A stretch of DNA of 64,000 nucleotides from Hormiphora californensis. Taxonomy: Eukaryota > Animalia > Ctenophora. Below the pieces are notes generated by a model, which did not search any database, was not told the DNA's origin, and saw only the letters and a list, made by a program, of their open reading frames with translations. The position numbers and the translations under genes are program-made. This document shows, piece after piece, positions 11,306-21,166 of the stretch; the first letter of the stretch is position 1; the number at the start of each line of letters is the position of its first letter. The DNA lies in contig CM035352.1 of assembly GCA_020137815.1 (NCBI GenBank), positions 4,464,001 to 4,528,000 on the forward strand, in the 5' to 3' direction.

Positions 11306-14300
11306 ATGAGCTTTCCGTTCTCTTCCACACTGAACAGCTTCTTTCTCCCGGCCCTAAATCTTGCCGTAGGTCGCTCCGATACCAGCAGTGACACCAACCT
11401 GCTCGAAATATCTGACGTCAACATTTCCGATCTATCAATTGTTGACGATCCAGTTACAGCAGAAACCTCGTTAATAGTTCGGGTCCAGCACCGTTCATCC
11501 CACCGACCATCACCCTACCGGACCAAGAAGCCCAATGATATTCTCTCCATCCCCAAGGGTAAAAATGAACGGTTCCACCTGAATCAGAGACACGGCAACC
11601 TCCACTTGGCCTCTGAATCACCCATTTTTGGCGAGAGACGTAGAACGCTATCCGAGCCTTCAGTGACAGCCGAAAGATCTATACAATCGGTTTCTCAAGC
11701 TGGAAAATATAAGTGCGTTTATGTGAAGTCACCTGGCCTAGTGGTTCATCCTCAGAATTCATCCCCTGTTCTCTTTCTCGCCAATGAGCTCCCACACGGC
11801 AATGAGAAGAGCACGCTTGAAACAGCTCTCAAGCAAGATCTCAGGCACTCGTGCACTAACAGGAAATCGTGCTCATGCGAATCTATCGTCGTAGGCGACT
11901 CTCATGCTGTGTATGGGCAGTTGCTCTCCGCATTAAATGAACAACACGCATCCCGTTTTGAAGGAGCCAACCCTGGGTGGAATGCTCTTCGTATCATCTC
12001 TGCCACTTCAAATGAACCCCCCTCTCTAGAGCCCCAAGAACCTGGTTTCTGCCTTCTCCATTTTGGTGGACGCGACACCCTGCAGATTTTCCCTAGAACT
12101 AAATCCTCCAGTACTCACAACCTTATCCTGGAGGTCCCTCTAGGCTCCTTTGCAGTAGTCCACATACCCACTGAAGTTGTGCCAGGCAATAGTATCACCC
12201 TTTATCGAGCCCCCAACCTTGATCAGGATGCACCACGCTCCTTCCAGGTGATCCCGGTCAAGCTCGATAATCCTCTCCCGCCAGCAACATCGATAAAGCC
12301 TCCTACTCCTACTCCTCCAGGAAATGCCAAGGTGTCCTCTACCCCTGGTTACCATGGCAGTTTGTGCGTCGGGCCGACTGTTGGTGTCCCTAGTGTCGCC
12401 CAATCATCTAGTTCCCTCATCAAACTCCCAGAGGGATCGAATGATGTTCAACCTACACCCCCCTGCGACCTCCGTGACCCTTCCTTTGCGATCCCAACTA
12501 ACCTATTGCCACCATTACCTCCATCGCCCGCTAACGAAAATAACACTAGCCAGCCGGAAGTATTCATCCAGTCCCCTACCGCTGGAGATGGTGCTGATGA
12601 TGATGTCCCCTACAAAGAACATCACCTCCCTGAACCATCCACTGAAGTTCCCCCTGGCCCGGGCTCTGTGACTGAGTCACAAACTCCAACCACCGACGTT
12701 AACAGCTGCGATGTGAAGTCTGTGAACCCCCCCGAGAAACCTCCAGAACCTCAGCTACCTGACACAGGAAACCGTGATGAGTTAACCATCTCCCCTACAC
12801 CTACTTGTGATGACATCCACCGTGAAGAACCCCTCATCCCTGACACTCCTCTCCAAACGGCCCCACCCGGCCAGTCTGAAGAGAGTCCTCATCCCGAAGA
12901 GAGTTCTCACAATGCCGATACCCAAGTAGACACCGAGCCGATAGCAAATATCAGACCAGTTGGTCGGTTTGTGCCGGAAGAGATCGCCAAACTGATCCTG
13001 GAAAAGATCAAAACCCCTGATCTCCAAGTTCTGAGTTCTGCATGTGGAATTTCGAACAAGTCAGCCGCTTCAAGCATTAAAGTTCTGATATCCACCAAAT
13101 TCCAGTCGATATACGATGGAAAAGCCCCACTCCCTGAAACTCTGGCAACCGAAGTCGTGAACAAACTTAACAGTCACCAGATCAACACACTACTGGAACT
13201 GGGCAACGTGAAATTCATTAAACGTGCTATTGTGTTCGATCGCAGGAAAATTCTTTTGGACTATTGGTTGTTGAAAACTCTTCAACATGACGCCCCACCA
13301 GTAAGACCAAAGAAACAAAAAGGAAAAAGAGGTAAAAAGAAATCAAGGCACTCAAGCTTCAACAAAACCCTGACAGCTGAGTGCGTCCAGTCCACTAGCG
13401 AAAGCGAACAAGAATGTGAGACCAAGCCCCGACTCTTACCCATATCTCTTGATCCTGTAAAAGAAGAAGAGTCCTCCTCAGAACAACATCAAGACTCATC
13501 AGGTACATCAGCTGTTCCTACCAGCCCCACTGAAGTCTCCGAACAGCAGCTATACCTCCTGGAGAAAAGCATTATGGAACTCAGGACGGATATGGACAAG
13601 AACACACACTGCCTGGACCTTCTGCTTGACGAGGATCCTCGCAAGGGACCGAGACAGCTACCCGGAGTTGATGACCTACGGAAGTTCATAAAATCTGAAA
13701 CCCAGCCGCTATCTGATCGATGTGATTCTCTGCAGAACATGGCCCGTGAGATCCAGCAACTGTGCCATAGTCATGGAGCAGTCATCAGAGAACTCCAAGA
13801 GGAGCTGTCAAGGTTACGACAGTCTTCACCCCAACGAAACACTGCCCCTAATGGAACAACTGTATCAAATGAAGCACCCGCAGAGCCTGTCAGGTCTGAA
13901 TCAGGCCAGACCTCATACAGCTCTGTTTCAGGTGGAGGAAACCCTCTACCACATAGCTCAGTCCCAGCTAGAGGAAACCCGCCACCACCCAGCTCGGTTT
14001 CAGCTAGACGAAACCATCCACCACCCAGCTCTGCTAGAAGCCAAACCCCGACACACAAGAGGAAAGCAGTTATCCTCCATGATGGCACTTATGACAACTT
14101 TGACCAATCCCTGTTTGCCAGTCGATATGAAGTGGAGATATTCAATTGCCCTTCTCTTCGCAAAGCAGCATCTGATGAGAGGATTCTTCGCCGTGTTCTT
14201 GATGTCAATCCTTTTGCAGTCGTAGTGCACCTCGGGACTAAAGACCTCTATGACGGAAGGTCGGTGAATAACACCCTAAATGACGCCAAACATGTCATTA

Positions 14301-14833
14301 CCAATCTCACCAAGTCTGCTCACACGTGTATGTCCCTTCCAATAATCCCACGCTCTGCAGAACACAAGAGTTTTACGGATAAACTATGCCAGTTTAACCA
14401 GACCCTGACTGACCAGATTACTTACTGGAGACGATCACCCATGAATGGAATGAAAATGAAAGTTTTCACCTGTCACAAGCCTATGTTGACCCCATCCACA
14501 AGGATCTTCTCTAGCGAACCACACCTCAAAGTTATCACTGACTCAGGCCGCAGAAAACTCTGGATAAAGCTCAGGGATGCAATGGACCGGGTTGCTGGCC
14601 TGATTCCACCCCGCGAGCATCGATCCCTTGTCACAGTTCAGGATCATCCCCTCAGGGAGACTTACCGGCGCAGTGGATCATCCTCTGACCGCCGGTCCAC
14701 CCAACAAGCAACCATCGACCACCCCCAGTCGGATACTCCCCTGAATAACACTGATAATGATGACCCCCAACAAACAACCCACGACCACTCCCAGTCGGAT
14801 ACTCCCCTGAATAACACTCCCCATGATAACTAG
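11306..14833 (+). CDS. LINE ORF1 protein (~1175 aa): candidate AlkB-like domain, Pro-rich linker, helical repeats, NLS, coiled coil, SGNH esterase-like domain
   Basis: Uninterrupted ORF (first ATG 11306). KAVILHDG...VNPFAVVVHLGTKDL resembles SGNH/GDSL blocks I and III of LINE ORF1 esterases; PKKQKGKRGKKKSR NLS; heptads at ~13540-13830. Confidence 0.85.
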   Translation: MSFPFSSTLNSFFLPALNLAVGRSDTSSDTNLLEISDVNISDLSIVDDPVTAETSLIVRVQHRSSHRPSPYRTKKPNDILSIPKGKNERFHLNQRHGNLHLASESPIFGERRRTLSEPSVTAERSIQSVSQAGKYKCVYVKSPGLVVHPQNSSPVLFLANELPHGNEKSTLETALKQDLRHSCTNRKSCSCESIVVGDSHAVYGQLLSALNEQHASRFEGANPGWNALRIISATSNEPPSLEPQEPGFCLLHFGGRDTLQIFPRTKSSSTHNLILEVPLGSFAVVHIPTEVVPGNSITLYRAPNLDQDAPRSFQVIPVKLDNPLPPATSIKPPTPTPPGNAKVSSTPGYHGSLCVGPTVGVPSVAQSSSSLIKLPEGSNDVQPTPPCDLRDPSFAIPTNLLPPLPPSPANENNTSQPEVFIQSPTAGDGADDDVPYKEHHLPEPSTEVPPGPGSVTESQTPTTDVNSCDVKSVNPPEKPPEPQLPDTGNRDELTISPTPTCDDIHREEPLIPDTPLQTAPPGQSEESPHPEESSHNADTQVDTEPIANIRPVGRFVPEEIAKLILEKIKTPDLQVLSSACGISNKSAASSIKVLISTKFQSIYDGKAPLPETLATEVVNKLNSHQINTLLELGNVKFIKRAIVFDRRKILLDYWLLKTLQHDAPPVRPKKQKGKRGKKKSRHSSFNKTLTAECVQSTSESEQECETKPRLLPISLDPVKEEESSSEQHQDSSGTSAVPTSPTEVSEQQLYLLEKSIMELRTDMDKNTHCLDLLLDEDPRKGPRQLPGVDDLRKFIKSETQPLSDRCDSLQNMAREIQQLCHSHGAVIRELQEELSRLRQSSPQRNTAPNGTTVSNEAPAEPVRSESGQTSYSSVSGGGNPLPHSSVPARGNPPPPSSVSARRNHPPPSSARSQTPTHKRKAVILHDGTYDNFDQSLFASRYEVEIFNCPSLRKAASDERILRRVLDVNPFAVVVHLGTKDLYDGRSVNNTLNDAKHVITNLTKSAHTCMSLPIIPRSAEHKSFTDKLCQFNQTLTDQITYWRRSPMNGMKMKVFTCHKPMLTPSTRIFSSEPHLKVITDSGRRKLWIKLRDAMDRVAGLIPPREHRSLVTVQDHPLRETYRRSGSSSDRRSTQQATIDHPQSDTPLNNTDNDDPQQTTHDHSQSDTPLNNTPHDN

Positions 14834-17800
14834 GTCCAAAGTATCTGACCCCCCTCAGTACCGAAAACTGAGTATTGTCCAATGGAACATACAAAGTCTT
14901 AACTCGTGTTCCGGAGAAAAAACAGACGACAAGCATTTTACTCAAATCTTATGTCAAGCAGGGATTTTTTGCTTACAAGAAACCAAGGGCAACGTCACCC
15001 TTCCAGGATACCGGTGCTTCAACAAGCTTAGGTCTTCGTCTAAATCTGGCGGCCTGTGTATTGGCGTTGAGCGTGACCTATGTAAGCGGTGGAAAGTGGT
15101 TCAAGTTCCAAACGAATGCGAGGACATCCTGGCGGTTCAGTTTTGGATCGAGAATTCCTCGGTACCGATCCTACTGGTCAACATCTATGACAGTCCCGAA
15201 AATTCATCTTACAAGAGGTCCAGGACACGGTCCAACTGTACTACTCTCGACTATGTGCTTGATTTAGTTCTTCAGAACCAGGCAGCTAACTTAGTCTTAA
15301 CAGGCGATTTTAACGCTAGAACCGGCGTTCGAAACCACCTTCCAGTGGAAAGCGATGTCGATACAGGTAGACCGGGGTCGAAACCATCATCTTACTCGCC
15401 TCGGACTACTCAAGACAAGCACCAGCCTAACTCCCGAGGCAGCCTCCTACTGAACCTCCTCTCTGAAACCAACACAACGCTTCTTAACGGTAACACCCTT
15501 GGGGATATAGGTGGTAAATTTACGTGCATCAAATACAATGGGAGCAGCGTTGTTGATTACACAGCAGTGTCACCCCAAGTCCTGAACTTGGTATCGTCTT
15601 TCATAGTTCAAGACCTCAACAGTTTCTCGGACCACCGCCCGTGTGTTACCACTCTGAACATACCAGCGTCTCGTACAACGTGCAATGACATAATGGACCC
15701 TCTTGAGGATGCCCCTGTCAAGTTCAAATCTGGAAAAGAAGGTGCCATGCAGCGTTATGCAGCTGAAATCAACAGCCAACCATCAACTGAGGCTGCATCT
15801 ATTATAAGCGAGACTCTGTGCTCCTCCAAAGAGGAGACGGTGCAACTTAATGACTCTCTTGTACGTCTTCTCATCGACCCTGCTCTCAAGACATTCCCCC
15901 CCGTCTCGGCATCCAAAAGAGGCAAAAAGACCCGATTCAGACCAAGGCAACCCTGGTTTGATAAGCACTGTGCCCAAGCTAAACGTGAAGTCGACAAGCA
16001 GTCCAAAATAGCATCAGTCTCTCCGATCAGTAACAATAGAGAGAGGCTGTACGATGCCAAAAGATTCTACAGAAGGCTCATCAAACAGAAGAAAAAGGAG
16101 TATTTAGAAGGATTGACTCGAGAAATCAACAATGGTTCGATCAACTGGTCTAAGTTAAAGAACATGAAAAACCTCCAACATGCCAGTTCCCTTGACGCTT
16201 TTGATATGCGGAACTTCTGTTGTTTCTTTAAGAATCTCTACAGCGAGAAAACCCGCCCACCAGGTATCAATGACATCAACAACCCGAGAGCCCCCCATTC
16301 GGAGCTAAGAGCTGACCTAGAGAGTGTTTTAAACTCCCCTGTCACATTTGAGGAAGTGAAGAGTGGAATTAAGCGGCTCAAAAACGGCAAAGCGGTGGCG
16401 TGTGACCGAATCGCCAATGAATTCATGAAAGTCTGCGGTACGCACATGATAGCTGCCCTGGTAAATCTCTTCAACCAATGTATGACTAACAGAGTCTACC
16501 CATGGAAAGAATCAGTTGTTACTCCGCTCCACAAAAAGGGATGCTCCTATGACCCTAACAACTATCGGGCTATCGCTGTTTCCAGTAACGTAGGAAAACT
16601 TTTTTCTTCCATCTTACTTAATCGGCTGGTGCAATTCCGCTCGATGGAAATCCCTGACCCCCCTAATCAACTGGGTTTTACTAAAGGCGCCGAGACAGCC
16701 GACCATGTGTTGACACTCAGAACAACCATTGAGAAGTACGTAACCTCCAAAAAGGGAAGAGGGGCCCGACTCTATTCGGCGTTTATAGACTATTCAAAAG
16801 CGTTCGACACCGTCTGTCGGGAAGCCTTGCTCTATAAACTTTGGAAATACGGGGTCCGTGGCAACTTCTACGGAGTCATGGAGGACATGTATTTTAGCTC
16901 TGCCGCCAAGATCAAACTGCTGGGGAAACTATCTGAACGAATCGAGATCCTAGTGGGAACAGAGCAAGGGCACCCTATGAGCCCTGAGCTTTTCAAGGTA
17001 TACTTATATGAGCTCACAGCGGAACTGGACCAGACAGATGCTACACTACCGGAGCTGGCCGGTAGACCTCTGTCCCACCTCCTATGGGCAGACGATTTGG
17101 TTCTACTGGCGCTTGACCACCGATCACTCCAAAACCTCCTGTCTACCTTGGAGTCCTTCTGCACAACATGGGGACTTACTGTAAACTTAAAGAAAACTGC
17201 TGTAATGGTGTTTAACAAAGCATCGGTTATTCTTAAAGACAGTCACACCTTCACATACAACGGTAATAAGGTTCCATCTGCCAAGTCATACTGCTATTTG
17301 GGTGTGATCTTCAGTCTCAACGGATCATTCAAGGCAAACCTCATGGCACTTAGGCAGAAAGCTATTCGGTCCATCATGAGCCTGAAACGTGCCATCAACC
17401 TCTCAGTCCTCCCCCCTGATCTTATTCTCAAGTTGTTTGACCATCTGATCCTACCTATAGCATCCTACTGTAACCAGGTATGGCTACCGATAACCACCTG
17501 GTCAAAACTCAATAAGTCAACCTGCCCCGATCTGAAAGCCTTAGCCTCAGACCCACTTGAAAAACTCCACCTAACATTTCTCAAACTCGCCCTTGGAGTA
17601 TCCAGAAAATCCCCTAATGTTGTCATGTGGGGTGACACAGGCCGGACCCCCCTTGCTTATTCGCTGAAGCCTGGAGTCCTGAGGTATTTCAACCGGGCAG
17701 CGGAGATGTCAGCAAACTTCCCCATGGATCACATCATAGATGTCAGTACCCCACTTTTGGTATACACGTTCCGAGAACAAACCCAGTCAGAACTGGTTTG

Positions 17801-18371
17801 GTATTCCAGTATTATCAACTTTGTCCGGAAACACACCACTGAAAGCTTCTTGAATAGCTGGGAGGAATCCAGAGAGTCTAACAGGAAGCTACCCTTCTAC
17901 AATAGCGTTAAAGTCAAGTTCGAACCCGAACCATACTTGTCTTTGGAGCGAAATCTAGCCAAGAGAGTGGCTCAGATTAGGTCGGCTTCTCATGGCCTCA
18001 ACATCGAGCGGGGACGTTTTGAAAAGTATCGAAAGGGTGGATTCTCACTGGAAAAAGAGAGACTGTGCCCGTACTGCAACACATCCGACATCGCCTCTCT
18101 TGAGCTCCTAAGTGAACTGCCCCACTATGACCGAATCACCGAAGACGAACCCCACTTCCTCCTGAAATGCCCCCTTTATGAGGACCTAAGAGCCCGTATA
18201 CCAAAAAGTACCTCCCCTCGGCTGGTAGTGGTCAGACTCAGACACCTTTTCAAACCGTCGGCCGATGACACTATCGACCCAGTCCGCCAGACCGCAATCT
18301 ACATCGAAAAAGCTTTCTCTAGAAGACAGGATTTCATCAGAGACACGGGTCCATCCACCAATTCCCACTGA
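14823..18371 (+). CDS. LINE ORF2: APE endonuclease + reverse transcriptase + C-terminal CCHC zinc finger
   Basis: WNIQSL, LQET, GDFNAR, VVDY, SDHRP (APE); NYRAIA, FIDYSKAFDTV, GTEQGHPMSPELF, LWADD, YLGV (RT); RLCPYCN..EDEPHFLLKCPLYEDLR (RTEX-type finger). ATG overlaps the ORF1 end by 11 nt. Confidence 0.96.
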   Translation: MITRSKVSDPPQYRKLSIVQWNIQSLNSCSGEKTDDKHFTQILCQAGIFCLQETKGNVTLPGYRCFNKLRSSSKSGGLCIGVERDLCKRWKVVQVPNECEDILAVQFWIENSSVPILLVNIYDSPENSSYKRSRTRSNCTTLDYVLDLVLQNQAANLVLTGDFNARTGVRNHLPVESDVDTGRPGSKPSSYSPRTTQDKHQPNSRGSLLLNLLSETNTTLLNGNTLGDIGGKFTCIKYNGSSVVDYTAVSPQVLNLVSSFIVQDLNSFSDHRPCVTTLNIPASRTTCNDIMDPLEDAPVKFKSGKEGAMQRYAAEINSQPSTEAASIISETLCSSKEETVQLNDSLVRLLIDPALKTFPPVSASKRGKKTRFRPRQPWFDKHCAQAKREVDKQSKIASVSPISNNRERLYDAKRFYRRLIKQKKKEYLEGLTREINNGSINWSKLKNMKNLQHASSLDAFDMRNFCCFFKNLYSEKTRPPGINDINNPRAPHSELRADLESVLNSPVTFEEVKSGIKRLKNGKAVACDRIANEFMKVCGTHMIAALVNLFNQCMTNRVYPWKESVVTPLHKKGCSYDPNNYRAIAVSSNVGKLFSSILLNRLVQFRSMEIPDPPNQLGFTKGAETADHVLTLRTTIEKYVTSKKGRGARLYSAFIDYSKAFDTVCREALLYKLWKYGVRGNFYGVMEDMYFSSAAKIKLLGKLSERIEILVGTEQGHPMSPELFKVYLYELTAELDQTDATLPELAGRPLSHLLWADDLVLLALDHRSLQNLLSTLESFCTTWGLTVNLKKTAVMVFNKASVILKDSHTFTYNGNKVPSAKSYCYLGVIFSLNGSFKANLMALRQKAIRSIMSLKRAINLSVLPPDLILKLFDHLILPIASYCNQVWLPITTWSKLNKSTCPDLKALASDPLEKLHLTFLKLALGVSRKSPNVVMWGDTGRTPLAYSLKPGVLRYFNRAAEMSANFPMDHIIDVSTPLLVYTFREQTQSELVWYSSIINFVRKHTTESFLNSWEESRESNRKLPFYNSVKVKFEPEPYLSLERNLAKRVAQIRSASHGLNIERGRFEKYRKGGFSLEKERLCPYCNTSDIASLELLSELPHYDRITEDEPHFLLKCPLYEDLRARIPKSTSPRLVVVRLRHLFKPSADDTIDPVRQTAIYIEKAFSRRQDFIRDTGPSTNSH

Positions 18372-18870
18372 AACGTTGATTACTCTCAACACATCGTTAG
18401 GATATGGATTCCATTACGGCAATCCTATCCATTTTCTATTTATCCTTTGAATCGTTGAGCATTCTCAACCAACCGCTAGGATATGGATCCCAATCACATA
18501 ACACCATCCACTCTCGCCGATCAGCGTGAGCTTACTCAACCCCACTGAGTCTTTGATACCCACTGATACGCTGAGTATTCTCAACATCCCGTTAGGATAT
18601 GGATTCCATTACGGCAATCCTATCCAATTTCTATATATCCTTTGAAACGTTGAGCATTCTCAACCAACCGTTAGGATATGGATCCCAATCACATTAAAGA
18701 CCATCCACCTTCGTTGAGTTCTGAGCAGCGTGAGCTTACTCGGCCCCACCGAGTCTTCATGACTCCCTGAAACGTTGAGTACCCTCAACAGCCCGCTAGG
18801 ATATGGATTCCATCTCGGCAATCCAATCCAACTTTGTTACCCACCAAACACTAGTTGAGCATACTCAACC
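18369..18870 (+). repeat. Higher-order hairpin repeat array (ABC units, ~200 bp x2.5) starting at the ORF2 stop codon
   Basis: Recurring GTTGAG-N4-CTCAAC stems each followed by TAGGATATGGAT; A units also carry GGATT-CC-N5-GG-C-AATCC stems. Confidence 0.85.
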
Positions 18871-19653
18871 CCACCACCAGTTCCCAGAAAGTCCAGGGTT
18901 GCTGGCACCTTCACGAACTCTCCCATTTCTTATACGTGTTTTATATTTGTGAGTTTTGCTTGCCTGCTGCAGTTTTTTCCCGTCCCCCTGAGTTTTATTT
19001 TTCTACGAGATTTATTCTTTTTTTACTACTACACGTTTTATTTTTTTTATCGCTCCCCCCTTTTTCCCCCTGTAATCTTTAACCCTGCCCCTGTTGACCA
19101 CTTTACGCTTTTTAGCCCTTTTATTGTGTCTTTTTAATTTATTTATTTATTCCCTTCATGTACGTTTTCCTTTTATACCCGAGCGTCATGTTTTTGCCTA
19201 ATGATTTTAAACTTAAATTTAACTTTAATCACCTTAGCATCTTTAACTTTCTTTTTCATCTGACAATGAAGTACCATTATAGATGTATATTGTTTAAATC
19301 CTGTTTAAATCCTGTTTAAATCCTGTTTTAGCGAGCTTTAACGCCGCGCAATACCGCGCAGTTTGTAAAAGGATTTTTCAAAAAATTAAATTTTCTCAAA
19401 AAACTCCTCGAAATTTTTTCAAAAAGTTTCAAATTTTTAGACAATCCAGAATTTGCCCGTCGCTCTTCGAAACACGTGGTTTATTTTATAATTTATTCTA
19501 GAGTAAATAGCGCCATTCATATCCTCCTATCTCTGATCGGGCTGTACTAGGAATTAGGATTCTAGTCAGAAGACTATAATAATAATAATAATAATATTCC
19601 TTGCATGCGGTTCTAAATCTGATCCTGTTTCACAACTTTTGGGAAATAGATCC

Positions 19654-20110
19654 CTCCCTTGGCCTTACCTGGTTCGTTCCTGGGTTCCCGTGTCCTGTCT
19701 GCTGTCTCTCGCTATCACTGCCACCACTACCCTACTTCCAGACCCACACTCCAGCTCCCTTATATCCCACCTATGACCTGCTGTCTAAATCCTACATCAT
19801 TCCTTCCTGGAACTAAATAGTCTGCCTCCCTGTCCTTACATGGTTCGCTCCTGGGCTCTCGTGTCCTGTCTGCTGTCTCTCGCTATCACTGCCACCACTA
19901 CCCTATTTCCAGACCCACACTCCAGCTCCCCTATATCCCACCTATGACCTGCTTTCTCAATCCTACATCATTTCTTCCTGTAGTTCCATGGAACTAAATA
20001 GTCTGCCTCCCTGTCCTTACCTGGTTCGTTCCTGGGTTTCCCGTGTCCTAGGTGCTGTCTCTTCTTCCAGACCTTCTCTCCAGCTTCCTTACATCCCACC
20101 TGACCTACTG
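19654..20110 (+). repeat. ~175-bp pyrimidine-rich tandem repeat x2.5
   Basis: CCTTACMTGGTTCGYTCCTGGG recurs at ~19663, 19833 and 20015. Confidence 0.85.
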
Positions 20111-20367
20111 TCTCTACTCTGCACCATTCCTTCCTATATTCCTTCCTACATCCCTTCCTACTTTCTACACCATTCCTTCCTACATCTACCTGAGACTTAG
20201 TAGAGGGACCACCTATGACTGAGTCAATGAGTTAATATTTTCAAGTGTGCATTTTGTGTAAATTGTTAACATTTTCTGGCCTCTGAGTTGTTTAGCAGAG
20301 TTTGAGTAGCTGAGGTTCCAGACTGGCTGAGTTTTATGCCGAAGAATGAAGAAAGAAGACCATACAC

Positions 20368-20553
20368 ACCGTTTTTCTCAATACGTTTTTCTCGATAAAA
20401 AACTTGTCAAGGATACCGTTTTTCTCAATACGTTTTTCTCGATAAAAAACTTGTCAAGGATACCGTTTTTCTCAATACGTTTTTCTCGATAAAAAACTTG
20501 TCAAGGATACCGTTTTTCTCAATACGTTTTTCTCGATAAAAAACTTGTCAAGG
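20368..20553 (+). repeat. 47-bp perfect tandem repeat x4
   Basis: ACCGTTTTTCTCAATACGTTTTTCTCGATAAAAAACTTGTCAAGGAT. Confidence 0.95.
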
Positions 20554-21004
20554 ACTCTTCAGTGAGTGTGTGTTTGAAGGACAGCTAATTTATTATTTAT
20601 TTATTACCGAATCTGTGTGTATGTGTTTGTGATTGTCTGTTTGTCTGTGAATGTGTTTGTACGTGTGTTAGTATGTTTTTGTATTAACCGTTTTGTATTG
20701 ACTGCTGATGTTGTGTTTTGCGTCTGTGACTTTGTGTATTCTGTTTAATCTGTTTTTATGTTTGTCTGCTTGTTTTGTTAGTTCGTTACCTTGTTTTCTA
20801 TAACCCCTTGTTCCTCGTATTTTGTGCATCTAATGCTACTAGGATGTGTATCACTGTCTCTAAGTATTGTTTAAACCGCTTTAGGAAACCGCTGATGTGA
20901 ACTGTATATTTTCACCTCTCAGCCTTGTATCACTTTATTAGTGTATGGTGTAAGAGCGGGACGAAGTTATATATTAATTGTGTGACTTTGTGATAAATTG
21001 TGCG

Positions 21005-21034
21005 TAAACTTAAACTTAAACTTAAACTTAAACT
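21005..21034 (+). repeat. (TAAACT)5, probable LINE 3' tail
   Basis: Short tandem tail after a GT-rich UTR-like region, typical of non-LTR 3' ends. Confidence 0.7.
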
Positions 21035-21166
21035 GGACTATAGGGCCCGGCCTACTTGGGCACGAGATGAGAGCTGACTCTGATAACTTTGCAGTTGTCA
21101 CAGGATCCAAATACGATAGTAAATGATAAATATTGTACATAGTTGGTTAACTTCCCCTTTTAGACC

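Larger units (their letters stand above)
10950..21034 (+). mobile_element. Full-length non-LTR retrotransposon, RTEX-like (5' boundary approximate; 3' end at (TAAACT)5 or earlier at (AAT)n ~19596)
   Basis: Two intact overlapping ORFs (ORF1 with esterase; ORF2 APE-RT-CCHC), T-rich 3' region, terminal microsatellite; no TSD identified. Confidence 0.85.

Noticed and set aside
11285-18371. ORF1 and ORF2 both listed as exactly 1182 aa
   Set aside because: Coincidence of the ORF caller using a TTG start; from the first ATG, ORF1 is ~1175 aa.
18369-18870. Hammerhead or HDV ribozyme
   Set aside because: No CUGANGA/GAAA core in a proper three-stem arrangement and no nested double pseudoknot could be traced by eye; kept only as a structured array.
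20368-20553. Regular repeats as a CRISPR array
   Set aside because: Head-to-tail identical units with no spacers, no cas genes, eukaryotic context.
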